Shown: in pieces, positions 37,433 to 46,616 of the stretch | How positions within the stretch are numbered: the stretch's first letter is position 1 | Layout: each line of letters opens with the position of its first letter | Source: an uncultured Verrucomicrobiae bacterium | Lineage (GTDB): Bacteria > Verrucomicrobiota > Verrucomicrobiia > Opitutales > JABDGR01 | DNA length: 64,000 nt | Assembly: GCA_963765205.1 (NCBI GenBank) | Contig: CAVXVB010000009.1 | Location: 530,590-594,589, forward strand | Direction of reading: 5' to 3' | Translations under genes and position numbers: made by a program | The notes under the pieces: model-generated | Databases searched by the model: none | Seen by the model: the letters and a program-made list of their open reading frames with translations, nothing else | Told to the model about the DNA's origin: nothing

Positions 37433-39274
37433 TTACAGCGGCTTCGTGCGCGCGGTGCTTTTCAACCAGCCCGGTTGGGGCTCTTGATCCTCCTGCAGGC
37501 GGCGCAGCCGCGCTTCGAGCACTGCTGCGCGGCCGAGGTAGCCCACGATTTTTTTCGGATTATCGCGGGCCACCACCGGCAGCCGCCCGCAATTGTTGCC
37601 CAGCATCCTCGTCAACGCGTCACTCAGCGTTTCATCCGGGTAGGTCACGACCGGGTGCGCGTTGCCTGCCTCGACCAGAGTGATTTTGCCCGACGGGTCG
37701 CGCTCGAAGGCCCGGACGAGGTCGCCGCGCGTGACAATCCCCGCGAGCTCGCCGCTCGCATCCGTCAATAAAAAGGCCTGGTGGTGCATGAGGGTTCCGT
37801 CCCGCGAGGACAACCGCCGGGTCAGTTCGCCGACGGTAATATTGGCCGGCAGCACGGTTGGGCTTGGGTCCATCGCGCGCTCGACATTCACTTGCTGGAA
37901 CACATCCACTTCATATTCCTGATACACCCGCAATCCCCGCCGCGCCAGCTTCTCCGTCAAAATGGAATTCTTCATGAAGATCAGTGCGACGAAATGCGCG
38001 ATGGTCACGACCAGCATCAACGGCAGCACGGAGTCGTAGTCGCGCGTCAGCTCGAAGGCGAAAATGATGAATGTAAACGGCGCGCGGGCGGCCGCGCCAA
38101 ACACCGCCGCCATCGCCACCAGCGCAAACGCGCTCGAGGACAAATGCGCCGAGGGGTCAATTTTGTTCGCCAGCCCGGCAAATAACGCGCCCGCCGCCGC
38201 GCCCACGGTAAAAGTCGGCGCGAGCACCCCGCCCGAATGGCCGGAGCCGAGCGTCAGGGTGACCACGAAGGCCTTGGCCACCAGCACCACGGCCACCATC
38301 CGCAGCGCAAGTTGCGGGGTGGGATTCAGCAGGTCGGAAATGGTGTCATAACCGATGCCGAGCACCCGGGGCACAAAATAGCCGACGACTCCCAGCACCG
38401 CGCAGGCCATGACCGGCCACCAAAATTTGTCGCAATTCAACTTTTCAAAAAAATCCTCGAAGAGATAGAGCATTCGGGAATACACCACGGCCACCAGGCC
38501 GCAGACGATGCCCAGCGGCACATACCAGGGCAGCGCGGCGGGAAAATTAAAATTGGCCGCGCCCACCGAAAACATGGCCCCGTGCCCGAGCAGCACAAAC
38601 CGCACCGCCGTGGCCACCGTGCTGGCAATCACGAGCGGAATGAAGGAGCGCGCCTTGTATTCAAACAGCAGCAGTTCGATGGCCAGCATCACCGCCGCCA
38701 GTGGCGTGCTGAAGGTGGCCGCCATGCCCGCCGCCGCGCCGCTGGCCAACAATACTTTGCGCTCGGCCGCGGTGACATGCAGGAACTGCCCCAAAATTGA
38801 GCCGAGGGCGCCGCCAGTCTGGATAATGGGTCCTTCTGCACCAAACGGCCCGCCGGTGCCAATGCCGATGGCCACCGACGTGGGTTTCAACAGCGCCACC
38901 CGCGGCTGCACCCGGCTCTGGTTGAACAGCACCGCTTCCATCGCCTCGGGCAGGCCGTGGCCGCGAATTTTCGGCGAGCCATATTTGGCCATCAAACTGA
39001 CGATGACTGCGCCAAGAATCGGCAGTGGGATGACCCACAGCCCCAGGTGATTATGGGAAGGCGGCAGGTCCGCAATGGACCATACCTGGTAAAACATCAG
39101 GTTCGAAACCAGCCGGATCATCGCGAACAGCCCATAGGCGGCCAGCCCCCCGCCCACGCCGACCAGCACGGCCAGCAGCGACATCGCCAACAGGCGCCGC
39201 CGCGGCGAGCCCACTTCGGGCAAATCGGGGAACAGGGAGGAGGAGAAGGCCATGACATCTTTTCGGGTGGACAT
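37433..39274 (-). CDS. ClC-family chloride channel/antiporter with C-terminal CBS pair
   Basis: GGPFGAEGP, GSGHSGGVLAPT, and two CBS-like segments. The start could be 39274 or 39253. Confidence 0.9.
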   Translation of the reverse strand: MSTRKDVMAFSSSLFPDLPEVGSPRRRLLAMSLLAVLVGVGGGLAAYGLFAMIRLVSNLMFYQVWSIADLPPSHNHLGLWVIPLPILGAVIVSLMAKYGSPKIRGHGLPEAMEAVLFNQSRVQPRVALLKPTSVAIGIGTGGPFGAEGPIIQTGGALGSILGQFLHVTAAERKVLLASGAAAGMAATFSTPLAAVMLAIELLLFEYKARSFIPLVIASTVATAVRFVLLGHGAMFSVGAANFNFPAALPWYVPLGIVCGLVAVVYSRMLYLFEDFFEKLNCDKFWWPVMACAVLGVVGYFVPRVLGIGYDTISDLLNPTPQLALRMVAVVLVAKAFVVTLTLGSGHSGGVLAPTFTVGAAAGALFAGLANKIDPSAHLSSSAFALVAMAAVFGAAARAPFTFIIFAFELTRDYDSVLPLMLVVTIAHFVALIFMKNSILTEKLARRGLRVYQEYEVDVFQQVNVERAMDPSPTVLPANITVGELTRRLSSRDGTLMHHQAFLLTDASGELAGIVTRGDLVRAFERDPSGKITLVEAGNAHPVVTYPDETLSDALTRMLGNNCGRLPVVARDNPKKIVGYLGRAAVLEARLRRLQEDQEPQPGWLKSTARTKPL

Positions 39275-39368
39275 AAGCCACCAAAAATATATCCTGCCAC
39301 GATATAAATCAAGCGCCATCTCCGCTGGACGACGGACAGAGAGTCTTTCGCCGGTTTTTCCTATCTCC

Positions 39369-39800
39369 ATGCCCCATCCCGCCGCCCCCAACCGCGCCGC
39401 CTACCGCGCGCTGGCCGCCTACCGCCACGCGCTGCGGCGCTTTTTGCATTTCAGCACGGAGGCGGCCCGCGCGGCGGGCGTGTCCCAGCAACAATACCAG
39501 GTGCTCCTCGCGGTCAAGGCCGCGCCCGGCCGCGCGTTGCTGACCATTGGCGAGCTGGCCGAAATCATGCACGTCCGCCATCACAGTGCCGTGGGCCTAG
39601 TGGACCGCCTCACCCGGCATGGCCGGCTCCGGCGCGTGCGCGACACCGCTGACCGCCGCCGCGTGCGGGTGCGGTTGACCGCGTCCGGTGAAAAAGCCCT
39701 CCGCCGCCTCGCCACCCAACATCGCGACGAACTGCGCCGCCTCGGCCCGCAACTGGTGCGCTCGCTTAAATCCCTCGGGGTGGAGGGAGGGAAGAATTAA
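39369..39800 (+). CDS. MarR-family transcriptional regulator
   Basis: Winged helix: QQYQVLLAVKAAPGRALLTIGELAEIMHVRHHSAVGLVDRL..DRRRVRVRLTASG. Divergent from the ClC gene. Confidence 0.85.
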   Translation: MPHPAAPNRAAYRALAAYRHALRRFLHFSTEAARAAGVSQQQYQVLLAVKAAPGRALLTIGELAEIMHVRHHSAVGLVDRLTRHGRLRRVRDTADRRRVRVRLTASGEKALRRLATQHRDELRRLGPQLVRSLKSLGVEGGKN

Positions 39801-39925
39801 GATTTATGAATTAAGAATTAAGAAGTTAGAAATCTCAGATCTCAAATTTCATATTTGCATTTACTTTCTGTCTATTCACCGGCTCTTCAACTAGAAACTT
39901 AAAAACCAGAAACTAAAAACGTTCA
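39795..39925. repeat. AT-rich spacer of short direct repeats
   Basis: GAATTAAGA x3 (39795-39826) and AGAAACT(T)AAAAAC x2 (39893-39921). Lies between the convergent marR and murA ends. Confidence 0.7.
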
Positions 39926-39927
39926 GT

Positions 39928-41229
39928 TCATTCCTCGCCGAGCAGTTCCGGCGGCATGTTTTTTTCGTCGAGGCGCTCGATGACCGCGCCGAGGCCGCGC
40001 AGTTTTTCATCGAATTTTTCGTAGCCACGGTCGAGGTGGTAAACGCGCCGCACCCACGTCTCGTCATTCGCGTGCAGGCCGGCGAGGATGAGGGCCGCGC
40101 TGGCCCGCAAGTCCGACGCCATCACCATCGCGCCCGACAGGCGGGTGCGTCCTTTGATGATGGCGCTCGGGCCCTCAATGGCGATGTCCGCGCCCATGCG
40201 CTGCAATTCCGACACATACATGAAGCGGTTCGGGTAAACGCGCTCGGTGACGATGCTCAGGCCCGGCGTGACGGCGAGCAGGGCGCACATCTGCGCCTGT
40301 AAATCGGTTGGGTAACCGGGGTGGGGCAGCGTGATGATGTCCACCGGGCGCACTTTCAAATTGGTCGCGTTCACGCGCAGTTGGTCCGGCCCTTCGATGG
40401 TCACGGCGATGCCGGCTTCATCGAGTTTGTCGAAAAACGCGCCGAGGTGCTGGGCGTTCGCGCCGATCACCGTCACGTCGCCGCGCGTGATGGCGGCGGC
40501 AACCAGCCAGGTGCCCGCTTCAATGCGATCAGGGATGACGCGGTGGCGCGCGCCGCGCAGGCGGTCCACGCCTTCTACGGTCAAAACGTGGGTGCCGATG
40601 CCGTCAATGCGCGCGCCCATCGCCACGAGCATCCGGCACAAATCTTCGATTTCTGGCTCGCAGGCGGCGCTGTCAATGCGGGTGACGCCCGGTGCCAGCG
40701 TGGCGGCCATGACCAGGTTGGCCGTGCCGGTCACGGTGCTGCCCTGGCGACCGCCCAGAAAAACTTCCGCGCCGCGCAAGCTGGCCCCGTCCACATGCAG
40801 GTAGCCTTTTTTCATGCGCACGCCGCAGCCGAGGCTCTTCAAGCCCTTGACGTGCAGGTCAATCGGTCGCGGGCCGATGTTGCAGCCACCCGGTTGCGAC
40901 ACCACGGCCTTGCGCAGCCGGGCGATCAACGGCCCGAGCAGCAGGACGCTCGCGCGCATTTTGCTCACGAGCTTGTGCGGCGCGAAGTGGCCGATTTTGC
41001 GCGCGGTGATTTGCCAGGTGTGCGCATCGAGCCGTGCCACCTGCGCGCCGAGTTCCGTGAGGATTTCGCCCATGAAGCGCACGTCGCTCAGGTCGGGCAC
41101 GTTTTCGAGCACGCACGTCTCTTCGGTCAGCAGCGTGGCCGCGAAAATCGGCAGGGCGGCGTTTTTCGCGCCGCTGACGGAAATTTGGCCGCGCAGCGGG
41201 CGGCCACCTTGTATGCGCACGACATCCAT
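39928..41229 (-). CDS. murA: UDP-N-acetylglucosamine 1-carboxyvinyltransferase
   Basis: VSGAKNAALPI, the GGCNIGPRPIDLH region and YPGYPTDLQAQ. Confidence 0.95.
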   Translation of the reverse strand: MDVVRIQGGRPLRGQISVSGAKNAALPIFAATLLTEETCVLENVPDLSDVRFMGEILTELGAQVARLDAHTWQITARKIGHFAPHKLVSKMRASVLLLGPLIARLRKAVVSQPGGCNIGPRPIDLHVKGLKSLGCGVRMKKGYLHVDGASLRGAEVFLGGRQGSTVTGTANLVMAATLAPGVTRIDSAACEPEIEDLCRMLVAMGARIDGIGTHVLTVEGVDRLRGARHRVIPDRIEAGTWLVAAAITRGDVTVIGANAQHLGAFFDKLDEAGIAVTIEGPDQLRVNATNLKVRPVDIITLPHPGYPTDLQAQMCALLAVTPGLSIVTERVYPNRFMYVSELQRMGADIAIEGPSAIIKGRTRLSGAMVMASDLRASAALILAGLHANDETWVRRVYHLDRGYEKFDEKLRGLGAVIERLDEKNMPPELLGEE

Positions 41230-41247
41230 GGCAAAAAAGCGTCAGCG

Positions 41248-42357
41248 CTATTCCGGCCGGCGGTCGCCCCGGCGCTCGCCGCGGCTGTCGCCGCGGGGCT
41301 GGTCGTGGGACTGGCGGCCTTGGCTGCCGCGATGGTGGCGATGATGCCCGTGGCGGTGGTGCGCGCCGTCGTCACTGCGGCCGTCGCCGTGCCTGGAGTG
41401 GCGCTCGCTGTCTGAATCATCTTCGTTGTCGCGTGCGGAAACCTCCCGCACTTTGGCGGGCACCGGGTCGCCAGTGAAAATCCGCTTGATGAAGCCAAGC
41501 AGTCCGCGGGATTTGGCTTTCGGCGCGTCCTCGGAGGACGCCACATGCGCCGAGATGGTCGCGTTGGGTTTTGGTTTCACGTGCTCGCGCTTGCTTGATT
41601 TCGCGGCGGGTTCCCGGCGGCGGGACTCGTGCTCGTGTTTGACATGCACGGATTTGTCGGGCGCGCGGCCAAAAGCGGAGGGCGTGTATTCCTCCACCGG
41701 CACGGGCTTGGCCGTTTCCGTGCGCAGGCGGCGCGGCGCGGCGTCGGCCGGGTCGGGCTTCAATGCGACATAGTGGTCGCGTTCGCTGCGTCCATCCTGG
41801 GGCGGACGGTTCGAAGGCGGGCGATGAGACGCGGGCGATTCGCGACGCGGTTCGGAGGAAATTTCGCGTGGGCGCGGCGCGGGTGGCTCCCGGCGGGGTT
41901 CTTCGGCAGCTTCGCGCGAACGCGACGGGGCGCTGGGATAATCGCGGGGCGCTGGACGGGAAATGGGGGCGGCTTCCGCGCGCGGTGGCGGCGAAGGAGC
42001 TTGCCAAACCGGCGCGGCTTCCGCACGCGGGCGCGACTCATACTGGGGCGGCTCCGACCAGCGGGTTTCGCTCGACGACTCAACCCGCGAGGACGGCGCA
42101 ACGGGTGCGGGCGGGGAAACCGGCCGGGGTGCGGGCGCGTCCTCGCGCTCATAACCTTTTACATGCTGGCCGGAAAGTGATTCGCGCGCGCTGGCAACGT
42201 CGGTGACCTCACCGCACGCGGCCGGGGTCGCCGCCTTTTGGGCCACCGCGCCGACGCTGGGGGCGCGTTTCCAACGGCTCTTCAGGTTGGAGGTCCGGGT
42301 TGAGGCGGAAGGTGGGTTGGCCGGTGTCGAGGCGGGTTGGGGCGTGTCTGAATTCAT
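41248..42357 (-). CDS. low-complexity P/R/E/S-rich protein with a His/Arg-rich C-terminus
   Basis: 369 aa from ATG 42357, ending 18 nt upstream of murA. The only amphipathic patch is GLLGFIKRIF. The coding call rests on length and position only. Confidence 0.45.
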   Translation of the reverse strand: MNSDTPQPASTPANPPSASTRTSNLKSRWKRAPSVGAVAQKAATPAACGEVTDVASARESLSGQHVKGYEREDAPAPRPVSPPAPVAPSSRVESSSETRWSEPPQYESRPRAEAAPVWQAPSPPPRAEAAPISRPAPRDYPSAPSRSREAAEEPRREPPAPRPREISSEPRRESPASHRPPSNRPPQDGRSERDHYVALKPDPADAAPRRLRTETAKPVPVEEYTPSAFGRAPDKSVHVKHEHESRRREPAAKSSKREHVKPKPNATISAHVASSEDAPKAKSRGLLGFIKRIFTGDPVPAKVREVSARDNEDDSDSERHSRHGDGRSDDGAHHRHGHHRHHRGSQGRQSHDQPRGDSRGERRGDRRPE

Positions 42358-42587
42358 CCGAAAAATTGGAAAGGGAACCGACGGGCGTCGAACCGGGTCG
42401 GTGCGCGCCGCTCGGCGTTTGCCCAAGAAAAATGCCGGGTTTCCCGAACGGCGGCAATCCTAATTTTCAATGGACCGTCTTGCAATGGGCGGTCCGTCAT
42501 GTGCATAAAACTTCGACCCGGGGGATTTCAGGCTTGTCCCCGCGCGCCGGGGCCGCTTTGTTGGACGGTTTCCCCCCTTCCTCGGAC

Positions 42588-44390
42588 ATGCAACGAACCC
42601 ACCATTGCGGCGAACTGACTCAAACCAACGCCGGGTGCGACGTCACCCTCGTCGGCTGGATTAACGCCGTGCGCGACCACGGCGGCCTCGTGTTTGTGGA
42701 CCTGCGTGACCGCGAGGGCCTCACCCAAATCGTGCTTGACCCGCAAAACGCCGCGATGGCTGCGGTGTTGCCTTCGTTGCGCGATGAATCCGTCATCCAG
42801 GTCGCCGGCCGCGTCAAACCGCGCCCGGTCGAGACCATCAATGTCAAGCTGGCCACCGGCCATATTGAGGTCGAGGCGCAGAAAATCACCATTCACAACG
42901 TCTGCGCTACGCTGCCTTTTCCGCTCGAAGATGAGAAGGCCGAAAAAGTCAACGAAGACCTCCGCCTGACTTACCGTTACCTCGACCTGCGCCGCCCGCA
43001 GAGCCTCGCCCTGCTCAAGCTCCGCCACCGCGCCGCGCAAACCGTCCGCCGCTACCTGGACGAACAGGGTTTTCTCGAAGTCGAGACGCCGATTTTGTTC
43101 AAAAGCACGCCCGAGGGCGCGCGCGAGTTTCTGGTGCCCAGCCGCCTCAACCCCGGCCAGTTTTACGCGCTCTCGCAATCCCCGCAGCAATACAAGCAAA
43201 TCCTGATGGTCGCCGGCGTCGAGCGCTACTACTCGCTCGCGAAATGTTTCCGCGACGAGGACCTGCGCGCCGACCGCCAGCCGGAATTTACGCAGATTGA
43301 CCTCGAAATGTCCTTCATTGAGCGCGGCGACATTTACGCCCTCATCGAAGGGATGCTCCAGCGCGTCTGGAAAGCCGTGCTCGACCGCGACATCCCCACG
43401 CCGTTCCCGCGCCTCGCCTTCCGCGACGCCATGAACCGCTTCGGCGTGGACAAGCCCGACACGCGCTTCGGCCTCGAATTGGTTGACCTGTCCGACGTTT
43501 TCAAGGGTTCGACGTTCAAGGTTTTTTCCGGCGCGGTGGCGGCCGGCGGCGTGGTCAAGGCCTTCAACGCGAAGGGTTTGGCCGACATCACGCAGGGCGA
43601 AATTAAAAACCTGGAAGACATCGCCAAAACGCTCGGCGCCAAGGGCCTCGCTTTCATTCGGTCTGAAAAAGGCGAATTGAAATCGCCCATCCTGAAATTT
43701 TTCTCGGAAACGGAAAAAGCGGAGCTGGCGAAACGCTTGCAAATTGAGGAAGGCGACATCGTCTTTTTCGCCGCCGCCGGTTGGGACCGCGCCTGCGCCA
43801 TCCTCGGGCGCACGCGCCTCGAAGCCGCCGCGCTGCTCGAAGCCCGTGGCCGCCTCGTCATCCCGCGCGACCAGTATAATTTCCTCTGGGTCGTGGATTT
43901 CCCCCTCATGTCCTACGACGAGGCGGAAGGCCGCTACCTCGCCACGCACCACCCGTTTACCTCGCCGGTGGCCGAGGACGTCGCGCTGCTCGACACCAAC
44001 CCCAAGGAAGTGCGCGGCCAGCACTACGACGTGGTGCTCAACGGCGTCGAACTCGGCGGCGGCAGCATCCGCATCCACCAGCCCGACGTGCAAAAAAAGA
44101 TTTTTGAGGACGTGCTGAAAATTCCCGCCGACCTCGTCGAAAGCCGCTTCGGCTACCTCCTGCGCGCCTTCCAGTTCGGCGCGCCCCCGCATGGCGGCAT
44201 CGCGCTTGGTTTCGACCGCCTCTGCGCCATCCTCGGCCACCGCGGCAGCATCCGCGACGTGGTCGCCTTCCCGAAAACCCAGCGCGGCCAGGATCTCATG
44301 ACCATGTCCCCCGGCGCCGCCACCCCCCGCCAGCTCAAGGACGCCCACATCGCCGTCACTGTTGAGGTGGAAACGCAAAGTAAAGCGTAG
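42588..44390 (+). CDS. aspS: aspartate--tRNA ligase
   Basis: HHCGELT..LVGWINAVRDHGGLVFVDLRDREG, class II motifs FRDEDLRADRQPEFTQID and GGGSIRIH, and GIALGFDR. Confidence 0.95.
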   Translation: MQRTHHCGELTQTNAGCDVTLVGWINAVRDHGGLVFVDLRDREGLTQIVLDPQNAAMAAVLPSLRDESVIQVAGRVKPRPVETINVKLATGHIEVEAQKITIHNVCATLPFPLEDEKAEKVNEDLRLTYRYLDLRRPQSLALLKLRHRAAQTVRRYLDEQGFLEVETPILFKSTPEGAREFLVPSRLNPGQFYALSQSPQQYKQILMVAGVERYYSLAKCFRDEDLRADRQPEFTQIDLEMSFIERGDIYALIEGMLQRVWKAVLDRDIPTPFPRLAFRDAMNRFGVDKPDTRFGLELVDLSDVFKGSTFKVFSGAVAAGGVVKAFNAKGLADITQGEIKNLEDIAKTLGAKGLAFIRSEKGELKSPILKFFSETEKAELAKRLQIEEGDIVFFAAAGWDRACAILGRTRLEAAALLEARGRLVIPRDQYNFLWVVDFPLMSYDEAEGRYLATHHPFTSPVAEDVALLDTNPKEVRGQHYDVVLNGVELGGGSIRIHQPDVQKKIFEDVLKIPADLVESRFGYLLRAFQFGAPPHGGIALGFDRLCAILGHRGSIRDVVAFPKTQRGQDLMTMSPGAATPRQLKDAHIAVTVEVETQSKA

Positions 44391-44455
44391 GCGAAAATTG
44401 GGGATTCAGAGGAAATGATTGTGCCCCGATCCCAAAGGGGTGTAGAGAACGCTAT

Positions 44456-45080
44456 ATGAAGCCTAAAAACTTCATCTTGATTGCCCTGGTCGTCGCCATC
44501 GTGTGCCTCGGCCTCTGGTGGTTCACGCGGCCAACTGCGGCAATCCCGGAAAAAAAATGTGGAAGCGCCAATGGCAACCAAGACCGATGCACCCAAGGCG
44601 GTCGCGCCGCCGACTATCGCACCGCCTGCGCCGAAGTCCGACACTGAGCCAGTTGCTGCCGCGAAGGCCCCAGATCCCAACGCCGATTCAAAAACGGAGT
44701 TGAATAGCGCCATTGCGGACATCGTGCGTTTGTATCGGGCTGGCGATTTTATGGAGGTATACCAAACTTACACCACGCCGGACAAATTAGACCCCGAGTC
44801 GATTCAAAAAGTGCAAGAATCCCTGCAAAAGCTTCAGCATGACCAGCAAGAAACCAAAAACCCGCAATTAGCACAAGCTCTGGCACAAAATCTTCAACAG
44901 ATTTATGAATCTAGTGCGCAGCTTTATGAAGCTCTCGAAAACCAGACCCCAACCTTTAACACTACAGGTGACGAAGCCACCTATATGATGACAAAGGATA
45001 GCTTTGACGGCACTCAAACCGCAACGCCCATTACCTTCATAAAAATCAATGGCAAGTGGTATCTGAAGCCTGAAAATTAG
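44456..45080 (+). pseudogene. paralog of 20401..21036, frame broken in an A8 tract
   Basis: MKPKNFILIALVVAIVCLGLWWF..IPEK in frame 1. The rest (VEAPMATKT...PITFIKINGKWYLKPEN) is in the frame of ORF 44481. A run of A7 instead of A8 at 44550-44557 would give one ORF. Confidence 0.65.
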
Positions 45081-45123
45081 ATTTCGAACGAATACACTAC
45101 CCCTTCGACGGCTTGCTTGACTT

Positions 45124-45361
45124 TTGAACGGTATCGGGAAAAATTCAGACACGAAGCTGGCAGATTTTCCCGAGTTGGTGCAATTATCTCCCCGGCAGCG
45201 CTTGCTGATTGCCGAGGAATTGTGGGATTTCGGCGGTGGACGACAAAATTCCCGTGCAGGTTGAACACAAAAAACTGGTTCGTTCCCGGCGCGCGGCGTA
45301 TGAGCGTGGAGAGATGCCGACCGTGACGATGAGTGGATTGAAGCGATCAGTGAGACGATAG
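45124..45361 (+). pseudogene. addiction-module component (TIGR02574-like antitoxin) remnant, frame broken
   Basis: PELVQLSPRQRLLIAEELWD is followed, after skipping one T of TTT 45228-45230, by SAVDDKIPVQVEHKKLVRSRRAAYERGEM. There is no ATG start (TTG at 45124) and no toxin downstream. Confidence 0.45.
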
Positions 45362-45392
45362 GAGCGTTTTGGCAACGATTTCTCTTCGTCTC

Positions 45393-45536
45393 GGGGAGCG
45401 CGACCGTCCCGGTCGCTGCGGTCGGCGTCTCGCCGACCGCTTTCTTTCAGAAATGGCGGTGCAAAGCACATCACCGACTTTTGAAGATGTCCTCGGCGGG
45501 ACGCCGAGGACGGCGGGCGGGACGCCCGCGCTCCCC
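45393..45536. repeat. cluster of four GC-rich triloop hairpins framed by a 10-nt inverted repeat
   Basis: Stems at 45400-45416 (loop TCC), 45418-45440 (TCT), 45490-45510 (GGA) and 45513-45529 (GGA). The outer GGGGAGCGCG (45393-45402) is complementary to CGCGCTCCCC (45527-45536). Confidence 0.85.
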
Positions 45537-45585
45537 GGGATGAAGAACCGCGCATACTGAAGTCAAAAACAATTTTAAATGGAAA

Positions 45586-45939
45586 TTAATTTTTTATTCC
45601 AATGGATTTAATTAACGGGAGTGTGTTCCCCACCACCCACTCCCGATATGGCCCGGCCACGGCGGCGGCTTCGACGGCGAGCCATTGCGGGGTGGAGTAG
45701 GGGTGGTGTGCCTTCAGCCAGGCTTCGATTTCTTTGGCGCGCGGGGTGGGAAATTTCACCCAGATGCGCCATTCCTTCGTGCGCTCCTGTTTGCCCTGCC
45801 AGATGTAATGCGAAGTCACCGGGCCGTCCACTTGCGCGCAGGCGGCCAGGCGCGCGGCGACGAGGCCGGCGGCCAGTTTTTTCGCGGCGGCGGCGGAATC
45901 CACCGTCGTCCAGCCGATGAGAATTTTTGCGGTCGCCAT
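45586..45939 (-). CDS. cutA: divalent-cation tolerance protein CutA
   Basis: LAACAQVDGPVTSHYIWQGKQERTKEW...HPYSTPQWLA is CutA1-like. Confidence 0.85.
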   Translation of the reverse strand: MATAKILIGWTTVDSAAAAKKLAAGLVAARLAACAQVDGPVTSHYIWQGKQERTKEWRIWVKFPTPRAKEIEAWLKAHHPYSTPQWLAVEAAAVAGPYREWVVGNTLPLIKSIGIKN

Positions 45940-46357
45940 GCGGTTCCTTGGCGGAAAAGGGCATTCGCGGCGAAAAAGCAAGTGTTTCGTGCGCCGCGGC
46001 GGCGAATTTCAGCGCAGCTAATAACTCCGGGCGCGGGCTATTTCCGGCCTAAATCAGCGTGAATAAGCTTCCTAAATTCATTCCGTTCGCTATGTTCCTG
46101 CTCAGGCCTTCTGCTGTGACCGAGACCTCGCCAGTGTTCCTACTCTGATAATTATATAACAAAGGGAGCTCGCCACCCGGCGGTGGCTGCCACGCCGTAA
46201 ACCGGAAGGCAAAAGCCGCCAGGAGAGCACCCACCTAAGCACCAGAGGTTCAGAACACCTGCTTTTACGGCATAAGTGGAAGGTCATTTTTTTTTGGCGG
46301 GTTGATTGGGCGGGGTGAGGCGGCGCAGGCTGGGCTGTTGCCTTAAAGCCGCAAGAC

Positions 46358-46450
46358 AACCACGGATGACACGGATAGCACGGATGCGTTTCACCAGCAG
46401 AGCTGTGGCTTGGATATTGTCATCCGTGCCATCCGTGTCATCCGTGGTTT
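46358..46450. repeat. 29-bp-stem hairpin built of CACGGATRR units
   Basis: AACCACGGATGACACGGATAGCACGGATG (46358-46386) versus CATCCGTGCCATCCGTGTCATCCGTGGTTT (46421-46450). There is one mismatch, which becomes a G-U pair on the minus-strand transcript. Confidence 0.9.
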
Positions 46451-46616
46451 AATGGAAAAACCGAATCTAAAGCACCGCCCCCACGATGCCAGACCGTTTG
46501 CGGACCTAATCCAGCGCGTCCGGCGACTGGGCCAATTTTTAGGTTGAGCCGGCTGCGCGGATATGGTGAAATACCGCGCCTATTTTTCAAATTTTTATTT
46601 TTCGCGTTTTTTCACG

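Noticed and set aside
46199-46214. SRP (4.5S) RNA-like motif CCGGAAGGCAAAAGCC.
   Set aside because: It resembles CCGGAAGGAAGCAGCC, but the flanks cannot form the helix 8 stem and no closing helix is present.
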